Shown here: piece by piece, positions 9,953 to 17,664 of the stretch | Numbering within the stretch: position 1 is the first letter of the stretch | Layout of the letters: each line of letters begins with the position of its first letter | Source: a virus | Taxonomy: Duplodnaviria; Caudoviricetes | Reading direction: 5' to 3' (one strand) | Length of the DNA: 64,000 bases | Virus record (IMG/VR): IMGVR_UViG_3300042695_000382 | Location: 922-64,921 of that record | Made by a program: the position numbers and the translations under genes | Notes under the pieces: generated by a model | What the model was told of the DNA's origin: nothing | What the model saw: the letters and a program-made list of their open reading frames with translations, nothing else | Database searches by the model: none

Positions 9953-9999
9953 TGTGACATTAGCCTATTACTTTAATATATTAATTAGCTAGTGTCGCA
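9953..9999. repeat. Long-spacer inverted repeat, copy 1
   Basis: TGTGACATTAGC-N23-GCTAGTGTCGCA. Confidence 0.8.
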
Positions 10000-10006
10000 T
10001 ATCTAA

Positions 10007-10249
10007 CTACTCTAGCTTTTTATTGTTTAATGATTCTCTCAATTTATTTATTTCTTTTTGTATTTCACTGGCTTTTTCATAGTCCTCGTTTTCCACGGCT
10101 TCTGCCTTAAATACATTAAGCCTTACTATATCCGCTATTAGTTGATCTCTATCAGCTTTAACGTAGAATTGATTCTCCCACTCTTCTTGCTTGGCTAATA
10201 TCTTTTGGAATACTGCTTCAGCCAATTGCTCAATTTGTTCTTCTGTCAT
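10007..10249 (-). CDS. Small protein with UVR (UvrB/UvrC) coiled-coil motif
   Basis: AVENEDYEKASEIQKEI. Confidence 0.65.
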   Translation of the reverse strand: MTEEQIEQLAEAVFQKILAKQEEWENQFYVKADRDQLIADIVRLNVFKAEAVENEDYEKASEIQKEINKLRESLNNKKLE

Positions 10250-10280
10250 ATTATTTTTTTTATATTAATATTATCAATTG

Positions 10281-10763
10281 TTATTCGTGTTCAGATTGTA
10301 AATGTATTTGTATCTTGCGGGTTTCACATCCCATTTTATGTTTATTACCTGCCAAATGACAGTAAGCACACTTCTCTGTAATAATTTTATATCCTGTTTC
10401 AATATGTTGAAAGTCTTTAACTATATAGTCTTTAAAACCAAAACTATTTAATGACATACCTATATTAATGTAAGGACCGCCACTAGGATCAATCATATCA
10501 ATTTTATCTTTCAAAGATTCAACCATTACTACATACTCAGGATAGTAATGACTACTAGTTTCATCATCCCATTCATGCACAGCTTTTTTAAATTCATTAA
10601 AACTAAGATTGCCTCCATCATGAACATAAGCATTGTATGCTTTAGAATAATCATTAGGATAACTTAATCTGCAAAATTCAAAATTACCTTCCCATAAGAC
10701 GTCTTGATGATCATCTTCAGTGAATGTAAATATATCGGAATATCTGTTTTTATATGTTGTCAT
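10281..10763 (-). CDS. Hypothetical protein
   Basis: 160-aa ORF with C-terminal CAYC...H...C. Confidence 0.7.
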   Translation of the reverse strand: MTTYKNRYSDIFTFTEDDHQDVLWEGNFEFCRLSYPNDYSKAYNAYVHDGGNLSFNEFKKAVHEWDDETSSHYYPEYVVMVESLKDKIDMIDPSGGPYINIGMSLNSFGFKDYIVKDFQHIETGYKIITEKCAYCHLAGNKHKMGCETRKIQIHLQSEHE

Positions 10764-10764
10764 A

Positions 10765-10971
10765 TTATTCTAATTCTTTTAATATATTACCATGTCTATC
10801 TAACCATCCATCAACTATTAAAGCCGTAACTGTTCTACCATAATGACCTTGCAAACTGTATTGCATTTTCTCTTTTGTAATTGTAGAAAACATTTCTAAT
10901 GTTTCTGGATCACTAAGCATACCCATTTCATATTCCATCATTTGATCTACTAAATCTTTTGTTCTTGTCAT
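10765..10971 (-). CDS. Hypothetical phage protein
   Basis: YEMG...SLQGHYGRT...LIVDG; coupled ORF. Confidence 0.7.
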   Translation of the reverse strand: MTRTKDLVDQMMEYEMGMLSDPETLEMFSTITKEKMQYSLQGHYGRTVTALIVDGWLDRHGNILKELE

Positions 10972-11168
10972 AATTTATTATCTTTTTCTATTAAACTTAA
11001 TATATAACTATATACTTCTTGATCTTTTAAATGGGCTTCCATTAATTGTTCTTGACGGTCTTTATCTACACTCCAGAATAGATCTCCTGCCATACTTTCA
11101 TTTAATAGGTGGAAATACTTAGCCCACATTTTGTCTTTTGCTCGTTCTTTTATTTCGTCTGTTATCAT
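10968..11168 (-). CDS. Hypothetical protein
   Basis: Coupled ORF with 4-bp overlaps. Confidence 0.65.
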   Translation of the reverse strand: MITDEIKERAKDKMWAKYFHLLNESMAGDLFWSVDKDRQEQLMEAHLKDQEVYSYILSLIEKDNKL

Positions 11169-11356
11169 AACTTTTCTATTTCTTTTTTAACATCAATCCA
11201 ATATCTTTGTCTAATATTTGGAACTTCGAAGTGTGTTTCATAAATTAATTCATCAACTGCTATTAATGCACATTGTTTAGCAAAACTAATAGTATTCATT
11301 GGTATTAAACTATAATATATTAGCATTAATTCTCTAGCTTTGTCTTCTGGCTTCAT
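11165..11356 (-). CDS. Hypothetical protein
   Basis: KARELM...AKQCALIAVDE...YWIDVKKEIEKL; coupled ORF. Confidence 0.7.
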   Translation of the reverse strand: MKPEDKARELMLIYYSLIPMNTISFAKQCALIAVDELIYETHFEVPNIRQRYWIDVKKEIEKL

Positions 11357-11832
11357 AATACTGCGGGTCTAGTTATTACAGATTCGTTTGCATTTTTTAC
11401 ATTAACTTTTTCAGCTTCGTAGTAATTCCAATAAGCTTCAACGCTATTGCCGGGAACTTTGTATTGATCAGGCATGCATTGTGGCATTGGTGTTAAATCA
11501 ACTTTAGTAATATTATTTGGAACTTTGCATAATGCACCGCTACATTTTAATATAGTTAAATGTTTTTTGCCATAACGTCGTGTATATTCGTTACCTAACG
11601 CAATCATGTGGTCATATAACCATACGTAATTAGATATTGATTCACGAGCCCATATTGCTGATGGATGGTTTTTATGAGTTGCTTTGTAAGGTACATTTGC
11701 GTTTTCACCATCAGAAATAATGTGAGCAGTGCATAATAATTGTGCGGATTCTAGGATCATTTTTACTACATGCTTGTTATACATATATTTAGCCGCTTTT
11801 TCAGGATCTGTGGACAGATAAAATATATTCAT
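11353..11832 (-). CDS. Pyrimidine-dimer DNA glycosylase (DenV)-related protein
   Basis: MNIFYL...KHVVKMILESAQLL...THKNHPSAIW...EYTRRYGKKH. Confidence 0.7.
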   Translation of the reverse strand: MNIFYLSTDPEKAAKYMYNKHVVKMILESAQLLCTAHIISDGENANVPYKATHKNHPSAIWARESISNYVWLYDHMIALGNEYTRRYGKKHLTILKCSGALCKVPNNITKVDLTPMPQCMPDQYKVPGNSVEAYWNYYEAEKVNVKNANESVITRPAVL

Positions 11833-11898
11833 AGTTTAATTTAATTGGTTACATTAATATTATCATTTAACATTCGTGTTTAGACTGTGAGTCTTAAT

Positions 11899-11990
11899 TT
11901 GGAACTAAAAGAGGAATCGAACCCCAAAACCCGTCGGTTGTGACAATGCCCGGAGACTGAAACAGATCCGTTTAGCCCAGCACTTAGTTC
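11899..11990 (-). tRNA. Non-canonical tRNA-like element, anticodon not resolvable
   Basis: Acceptor GAACTAAG/TTTAGTTC, T-arm GGGG-TTCGATT-CCTC, D-like CTG-GGCTAAA-CGG and long variable arm; the anticodon stem does not pair canonically. Confidence 0.5.
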
Positions 11991-12117
11991 TTAGATGACC
12001 AGGGAACCGGTTATTTTCTTTATTCCCCTTTCCGTTACAACCCTCTGATCAAGATTGGTAATATTTACGTAACGCCAGCACGGCCAACTAACACGTTATG
12101 TACAACGTGTATAGCAA

Positions 12118-12345
12118 CTATGCTTTCTTAAATCTGTAGAAAGCTAATACGTATTTGTTTAAGAATTTACCTTTAGATGGGGCTTCTCTTAAACCATTTA
12201 CAACATGAGTAGGTACATTAAAGTATTCGTACTCTCTACCGTTTTTGAATAATACAAAAAGTCTTTCAACATTTGGATAATAAGACACTTCTGAAATCGC
12301 GCTACTATCAACAGTTAGTCTTTCAACTAAGTTTACATTTGTCAT
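12118..12345 (-). CDS. KTSC domain protein
   Basis: SSAISEVSY...LFVLFKNGREYEYFNVP...APSKGKFLNKYV. Confidence 0.88.
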   Translation of the reverse strand: MTNVNLVERLTVDSSAISEVSYYPNVERLFVLFKNGREYEYFNVPTHVVNGLREAPSKGKFLNKYVLAFYRFKKA

Positions 12346-12356
12346 AGTTATTTAAT

Positions 12357-12830
12357 TTAATTGGTTACTAATTTAGATGATTCAATAAGGTATGTCATCT
12401 CCTTGGCTTTCATTAAGTTATACGTTTTATTTTGTGTCATTGTGCCAGACCGTTGAGGTGATGGCAATGTAATTGCTCGCTGATTTGCGCAATCAAATAT
12501 CGCTACTTGATCATTAATTATACCGGTATATATTGCAGTCTCAAGATCGTCAATATTAATACTAATATCTAAAAATACTTGTTTGCCATCAACCCATCCG
12601 CCTAGGAATGATTCGTCTTTGGATAATTGTTTTACATGCTTTACAAAGTATTGTTTAATATCTTTGTTTTCAAAGTCATCAAAATAAAACTGTTCTTCGA
12701 AACCTGCAAGACTAACCATATATCCAGTTGATGGATTGAATGAGCCAGTTGTTGCATTATAACTGAATCCGCCAGTTAAAGATAATTCGCTAAATAAAGT
12801 ACTTAAATTCATATTATTATTTTGTTTCAA
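12357..12830 (-). CDS. Hypothetical phage protein
   Basis: GGFSYN...GYMVS...LGGWVDG...FLDIS...QVAIFD. Confidence 0.7.
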   Translation of the reverse strand: MKQNNNMNLSTLFSELSLTGGFSYNATTGSFNPSTGYMVSLAGFEEQFYFDDFENKDIKQYFVKHVKQLSKDESFLGGWVDGKQVFLDISINIDDLETAIYTGIINDQVAIFDCANQRAITLPSPQRSGTMTQNKTYNLMKAKEMTYLIESSKLVTN

Positions 12831-13209
12831 TTATTAATTCACCAAATGCTTCTTGAAATCTGTCTAACATAATCTCATCTAATTCTTCTGTAATAAAATC
12901 TGTGTTTACACTTACATTGTCGATAGATATACGATTATCATAATCAATACTAAATTCTGCTGAATGAGTATCTACAATTTGATCACTATCGTAAAGCACA
13001 CGCTCTAATGCTTCACGTACATTTGAATTAAATTCTTGGAATTGTTCTTCAGTAATACCAGTAGTAGATTTTATTTCATTTGCAGCATATAATACATTAG
13101 TTCGTAATTTACTTAATATATCTACTACATCATCTTTGCTGAATACACTTGGAAAAGCATTTATTGCATCACCTATTTGGCATTCAAATAATTCGTTTAT
13201 TTTATCCAT
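12817..13209 (-). CDS. Hypothetical protein
   Basis: 130-aa ORF behind the promoter motif at 13227. Confidence 0.7.
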   Translation of the reverse strand: MDKINELFECQIGDAINAFPSVFSKDDVVDILSKLRTNVLYAANEIKSTTGITEEQFQEFNSNVREALERVLYDSDQIVDTHSAEFSIDYDNRISIDNVSVNTDFITEELDEIMLDRFQEAFGELIIETK

Positions 13210-13248
13210 TTTATTATATTTTATTTGTTACATTTATATTATCGTTTG

Positions 13249-13467
13249 TTATTCGTATCTGGACTGTAAGGCTCCATGATCTTCTACAATATCGGCAAGA
13301 GTTGTATACAATACTTCAAAGACTTCTTGCATTTTATGTTGTTGCTCGTTGGTTTGGCATTTAAGGTTTACACCAAAGTCGCGATAAATTTGATCCGCTA
13401 ATAATTCATTTGCTTCAAAGATAGCTAATTTAATTAGGTTCTCTTCCTTTCTTGTCAGTACTCTCAT
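13249..13467 (-). CDS. Hypothetical protein
   Basis: ORF in the early array. Confidence 0.6.
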   Translation of the reverse strand: MRVLTRKEENLIKLAIFEANELLADQIYRDFGVNLKCQTNEQQHKMQEVFEVLYTTLADIVEDHGALQSRYE

Positions 13468-13615
13468 ATATAGTTAGTTCTAATGTATTGTTAAACACTC
13501 GGGCATAGGCTTCTGTCATTTTTTCATTATCTGCATAGTGTACAGACCTTACGGTTTCACGCATCCATATTTCGAATGCTTCCGCTTCTTTAAATGCTAG
13601 TTTTTCTTTTGTCAT
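13430..13615 (-). CDS. Hypothetical protein
   Basis: ORF in the early array. Confidence 0.6.
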   Translation of the reverse strand: MTKEKLAFKEAEAFEIWMRETVRSVHYADNEKMTEAYARVFNNTLELTIYESTDKKGREPN

Positions 13616-13617
13616 AT

Positions 13618-13836
13618 TTATTCTATTATTTTTATGAATTTATTGTTTTTATCGAATAATAAGGTCAACTCAAACTTACGGTCAATTGCACTAAACATCT
13701 CCTCAATATTCATGAATTGCATTGCCATCATGAAAGCATTGATGTCACCGTCAAAGCCTTGCTCACGAGCAAACGTGTATAGCACAGCCGCATCAATACG
13801 GTTTTCGTTGCGCATTTTAATATACTGCTCTTTCAT
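13618..13836 (-). CDS. Hypothetical protein
   Basis: ORF in the early array. Confidence 0.65.
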   Translation of the reverse strand: MKEQYIKMRNENRIDAAVLYTFAREQGFDGDINAFMMAMQFMNIEEMFSAIDRKFELTLLFDKNNKFIKIIE

Positions 13837-14105
13837 TAATATTTATTTTTAATATCAGATAGTGTTAAGTTATTATGGTTCCATAGTCTAGTCACACTAA
13901 AGGTTTTAGCTTTACGATTCGCTGCACCCTTCATTTTAGTCTTCACTTGTTTATAATCTTCACTTGTAAAACTCTTACATAAGCCATCAATATTCACTGC
14001 ATTGATTCTATTTGCTCTGTTACGTGCTTTCTTTTCTTCAAGATATTGGCACGCTTCTTTCATGTTGTTCGCTATTACTATCATATTATTTTTTATTATT
14101 CCCAT
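13836..14105 (-). CDS. Hypothetical protein
   Basis: ORF in the early array. Confidence 0.65.
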   Translation of the reverse strand: MGIIKNNMIVIANNMKEACQYLEEKKARNRANRINAVNIDGLCKSFTSEDYKQVKTKMKGAANRKAKTFSVTRLWNHNNLTLSDIKNKY

Positions 14106-14413
14106 CCTTCTATTAATATTTTACTACCGTTCCATTGTTTACCGTTGATATACCACAACCAATTCTTTTGATTAATTCTATAATTGCCGTTTAACAATTG
14201 CAGTAAGTAATTCAACCGCTCTTTTGTTGTATTAGTATACCAACCGCAGGAGTCAATATATATTCTACCGTCTTTTGTTTTAGTTGCAATGGTATTACCC
14301 CATAATCTAAGATAGGTTACATCACCATTTGTATTTACTTCCATGTTTTCTCGTTTAAATTCTTTGCTTGCTAAAAAAGCATGCACTGAATCCATTGTTA
14401 TTTTCTTTGCCAT
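14096..14413 (-). CDS. Hypothetical phage protein
   Basis: LWGNTIA...GWYTNTTKERLN...INQKNWLWY. Confidence 0.7.
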   Translation of the reverse strand: MAKKITMDSVHAFLASKEFKRENMEVNTNGDVTYLRLWGNTIATKTKDGRIYIDSCGWYTNTTKERLNYLLQLLNGNYRINQKNWLWYINGKQWNGSKILIEGWE

Positions 14414-14414
14414 A

Positions 14415-14591
14415 TTATTTTCTTATATAAGTGAAACCTTTGTGATTAAAAAACTCAGTGATACCGTCTTGCTCTTTGTCAGCGTTAAAGATGAAGCCAA
14501 ACGTGGGTGGTAAATCTCCAACAAGATATGGAGTGTATAATACTCCGTCGATACGTATTAATTGGTTCTTAAGGAATTTAATTTTTTTCAT
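14415..14591 (-). CDS. Small hypothetical protein (58 aa, not in ORF track)
   Basis: MKKIKFLKNQLIRIDGVLYTPYLVGDLPPTFG...KGFTYIRK, directly behind the promoter motif at 14606. Confidence 0.7.
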   Translation of the reverse strand: MKKIKFLKNQLIRIDGVLYTPYLVGDLPPTFGFIFNADKEQDGITEFFNHKGFTYIRK

Positions 14592-14649
14592 AGTTGTTAT
14601 ATTTTGTTACATTAATATTATCAATTTGTTATCGTGTTTAGATTGTAAG

Positions 14650-14877
14650 TTAGTCTTTACTTGTATTACTATTGTCAAAGAAAGATACCGTTGCATTATA
14701 GTTTAGCTCAGCAATTTTAGAGTGCTTGAACTTGTTCTTGATTTGGTCGGTACGCCATTCATTAACTACACATAAGTGTTGTGAGTGTATGCCATTGCCA
14801 CCAATCATACATTTGTACATTGTTAACTCTGGTCTTAAAGGATGCGTATACGCTATTATTCTATACTCTGTTTGCAT
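14650..14877 (-). CDS. Hypothetical protein
   Basis: ORF in the early array. Confidence 0.55.
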   Translation of the reverse strand: MQTEYRIIAYTHPLRPELTMYKCMIGGNGIHSQHLCVVNEWRTDQIKNKFKHSKIAELNYNATVSFFDNSNTSKD

Positions 14878-14882
14878 AATTA

Positions 14883-15128
14883 TTATTTTGTTAATGTTGC
14901 TTTTACTAACGCGTCGTTTAATTCAACCCAATATGTAAAACCTTCAGGGGTATTATCAAATCTAAAGAAACCACATAAACCTTGACGGTCAAACTTGCGA
15001 GTTAATTTATAATAATAAAAACCTAATGCAACATCAGGGTTATCGTTATCCCAATCGTTAATGGTATTATTAAGGATTTTAGCTTGTACTTCTTTAGTTA
15101 ATAAGTTTAATACTTTTTTTGTTTTCAT
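14883..15128 (-). CDS. Hypothetical protein
   Basis: Behind the promoter motif at 15142; FDNTPEGFTYW. Confidence 0.7.
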   Translation of the reverse strand: MKTKKVLNLLTKEVQAKILNNTINDWDNDNPDVALGFYYYKLTRKFDRQGLCGFFRFDNTPEGFTYWVELNDALVKATLTK

Positions 15129-15172
15129 AGTTATATTTTTATTTACATTTATATTATCAATTTACATTCGTA

Positions 15173-15298
15173 TTAGGATTGTAAATCTTCATCTTCACCA
15201 TCCCAATCGGTAAACTCGCAGTGTTCTAAACAATCGCCACACAATTCATCATATATATGGTGTCTACCTGCACCACAACAATCGCTATATTCTTCCAT
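15173..15298 (-). CDS. Small Cys-rich protein (41 aa, not in ORF track)
   Basis: MEEYSDCCGAGRHHIYDELCGDCLEHCEF... Confidence 0.65.
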   Translation of the reverse strand: MEEYSDCCGAGRHHIYDELCGDCLEHCEFTDWDGEDEDLQS

Positions 15299-15300
15299 AA

Positions 15301-15468
15301 TTAACCATTATATATTTCAAATTCAACATCATCGAAGTCATTATAGTCTAATACTATTTCTTCGCCACAATACATTTCTTCCGCTAATAGTCTTGCGTCA
15401 ATTTCATCATCCGCTTCTACTTCAACTATTTTACTTAAATACTCGGTTATTTTTACTTGATATTTCAT
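15301..15468 (-). CDS. DpnD/PcfM-like protein (55 aa, not in ORF track)
   Basis: MKYQVKITEYLSKIVEVEADDEIDARLLAEEMYCGEEIVLDYNDFDDVEF. Confidence 0.75.
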   Translation of the reverse strand: MKYQVKITEYLSKIVEVEADDEIDARLLAEEMYCGEEIVLDYNDFDDVEFEIYNG

Positions 15469-15490
15469 ATTTATTATTTTTTTAAAATCT

Positions 15491-15766
15491 TTAATCTCTT
15501 AAATTTCTATACTCAAAGTATGCCCATATTGCAGCGTTGATTTTACCTATCTCGTCATTTCTTTCGTCTAGATACGGTTCAATAGCATTGTAAAAGTCGG
15601 TTAAGTCAGGGTCAATCATTGAATATACTTCCTTAAATAACTCTAAATCGTCACCTTGCATCCAATTTAACCCAATTATCTCGTCATTTGAGCGAAAAAT
15701 CAACACATATCTATCGTCGTTCTCGCACCATACTATTTCTCTACTTTCTACTAATTTATAATTCAT
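15491..15766 (-). CDS. Hypothetical protein
   Basis: Behind the promoter motif at 15783. Confidence 0.7.
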   Translation of the reverse strand: MNYKLVESREIVWCENDDRYVLIFRSNDEIIGLNWMQGDDLELFKEVYSMIDPDLTDFYNAIEPYLDERNDEIGKINAAIWAYFEYRNLRD

Positions 15767-16181
15767 AGTTTTACTTGATTTTGTTACATTTATATTATCA
15801 TTTTACTTTCGTATTCGTTTTGTAAAGAGGTTGAACTTCATTTACTCGAAAAAAAGTTAAGGGGGTTATTATAGAGTATCTCTCTATTTGTCAAGTAATT
15901 ATCAAAATTTACTCTATTTTTCATCATTTTGTTGTTATTAATGTTATTTTGTTACATTTATATTATCAAATTGAGTTCGTGCTCGGCTTGTAAGGGGTTT
16001 TAGCGGATTTGCTATACGCGTTTTACCTAAAAATCGTAGAATTTGGGTATGGTGTAGGACGGAGTCTACTCTTTCGACTATATTTCAAAGCCAGACCATA
16101 TATATTATCAAAAAAAGACCGTGTTTGGGCTGTATGCTATACACCCGTCCCGGGTTGTTCCGATGGAACACTTTGTAAAAG

Positions 16182-16228
16182 TGTGACATTAGCTCATTAA
16201 ACTAATAAAATAACAGGCTAACGTCGCA
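16182..16228. repeat. Long-spacer inverted repeat, copy 2
   Basis: TGTGACATTAGC-N23-GCTAACGTCGCA. Confidence 0.8.
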
Positions 16229-16231
16229 TAT

Positions 16232-16372
16232 TTACTTTAGGAACACTGTTGTACAATGCGCACTGTGTTCAATCACTCCTTGTTGGTATCCTAGATACAA
16301 TCCTAGTGCAAATAATGCTGGTATAAGGACCATTATTGCTACTATTTCTTTGTCTGTTGCTTTTAATTTCAT
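16232..16372 (-). CDS. Small membrane protein (46 aa, not in ORF track)
   Basis: MKLKATDKEIVAIMVLIPALFALGLYLGYQQ..., behind the promoter motif at 16394. Confidence 0.65.
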   Translation of the reverse strand: MKLKATDKEIVAIMVLIPALFALGLYLGYQQGVIEHSAHCTTVFLK

Positions 16373-16481
16373 ATTCTTTATAGTTTATTAGTTGTTACAG
16401 TTATATTATCATACAGGAGCCGTATTTGCTTTGTAATAAGAGCGATCAATGACTACAGCGTGTTGAGGTTGCAGCAGCAGC

Positions 16482-16799
16482 TTATTCAGCTACTACTTCC
16501 AACTGTTCAATCGTAGCCAAATGTCTCACATTGCTTGGCATATCGGTTGATTGTGACCAGTACTCACGCTTAATCCAGCATGGCATGATAGATAGCTTAG
16601 GTAGCATTACTTTCAATACCTCATCGTGATTGTAAGTTACTTTTTGATTCTTGTTGTTCACGAATGTGATTACTTGGTTTCTACCGAACCATGACTTACG
16701 TACTACGAAGTTTGCTCTTTCGATTGGTGGATAGATTGCTGCCAATTCTTCTTGACTTAGTTTTGCAATAGCTTGTGCTAATAATTCTTTGTTGTTCAT
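16482..16799 (-). CDS. Hypothetical protein
   Basis: Behind the promoter motif at 16831; FVVRKSWFGRNQVITF. Confidence 0.75.
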   Translation of the reverse strand: MNNKELLAQAIAKLSQEELAAIYPPIERANFVVRKSWFGRNQVITFVNNKNQKVTYNHDEVLKVMLPKLSIMPCWIKREYWSQSTDMPSNVRHLATIEQLEVVAE

Positions 16800-16911
16800 A
16801 ATATTAAATTTTAATTGTTATTGTTATTTGTTTACATTTATATTATCAAATACTTGTCGTATTTAGTTTGTAAGTAATTCACTCGCTTAATAAGATTACA
16901 GCGTGTTGAGG

Positions 16912-17058
16912 TTACCCCATCATTCCAAAGGATACGTTGTTGAACTCTCCCATGATTACACCGATTGCAATCCTAACAATTCCGTAGATAGCAATAGTAG
17001 TTAACGCTGCTTGATAAGAGAACAATATAATCTCTCCCGTGTTTTTAAACTTTCTCAT
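16912..17058 (-). CDS. Small membrane protein, first gene of the left arm (start revised to 17058)
   Basis: MRKFKNTGEIILFSYQAALTTIAIYGIVRIAIGVIMG...; the promoter motif at 17075-17118 lies inside the longer ORF call. Confidence 0.6.
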   Translation of the reverse strand: MRKFKNTGEIILFSYQAALTTIAIYGIVRIAIGVIMGEFNNVSFGMMG

Positions 17059-17603
17059 AGTATATTTATTATTTGTTACACTTATATTATCAAATACCAA
17101 CCGTACTCGGACTGTAAGTGCTATACACGCTTCGCGTTGCTCGCTTCGCTCGCTTGTCATTCCCAATGATTACAGCGTGTTGAGGTAGGGTACCGATCAG
17201 CATCATTCATTATATTATATCATCCATCACACATGATCAATCGTCATCACTGAACACCATCGCAACGCACAGCACAGTTGTTACGCCTAACTATTCCCAA
17301 ACATTCTGCAGGATTCATCAATGCCTAATAGGTGATCTGATATGTTACATGAAAACTCAGGGGACCCGGGTAAACCAAACGCGTTTCCTTTTTAAGCGAA
17401 CTAAGTAGAAATAAGTATGTAGCCCCTTACTTATATATTTGCAACGCTTTTCCAAAATACCCCTACTCCAAAAAATTTTTTATAATATTTTTTTTTATAC
17501 CTTATGGGGTATGATATTATACGCTTTAGTGTATAATATACCTTATTGGGTACACTTATTATAATAAATGCACATCATTAAATTATAATTTTTAAACGAA
17601 TAA

Positions 17604-17649
17604 TGCGACATTAGGTAGTTATATTATTAAGTAGTGGGCTAACGTCACA
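17604..17649. repeat. Long-spacer inverted repeat, copy 3 (opposite orientation)
   Basis: TGCGACATTAGG-N22-GCTAACGTCACA. Confidence 0.75.
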
Positions 17650-17664
17650 CTGTAAATATGGAGT

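Larger units (their letters stand above)
10261..17118 (-). promoter_or_regulatory. Dispersed family of 11 putative early promoters, TTACA-N8-ACG-N10-GATAATAT(A/T)AnTGTAAC
   Basis: Copies near 10261, 11848, 13227, 14606, 15142, 15783, 15951, 16093, 16394, 16831 and 17075, all on the minus strand with the same spacing; most lie just upstream of a start codon. Confidence 0.8.
16454..17186. repeat. Three exact 16-bp direct repeats TACAGCGTGTTGAGGT
   Basis: Copies at 16454-16469, 16897-16912 and 17171-17186. Confidence 0.9.

Noticed and set aside
9953-9999. CRP-binding sites (TGTGA...TCACA)
   Set aside because: Half-sites are about 36 bp apart rather than 6, and the conserved arms are longer than CRP half-sites
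11899-11990. Opal-suppressor or Sec tRNA implying stop-codon recoding
   Set aside because: The anticodon stem does not pair canonically, and long genes are intact in code 11 with TAA, TAG and TGA all used as stops
17059-17166. N-terminal extension of ORF 16912-17166
   Set aside because: It spans the promoter motif and microrepeats; the ATG at 17058 fits the spacing seen at other early genes
16454-17186. CRISPR array
   Set aside because: Repeats are only 16 bp, irregularly spaced by 274-443 bp with genes between them, and no cas genes are present
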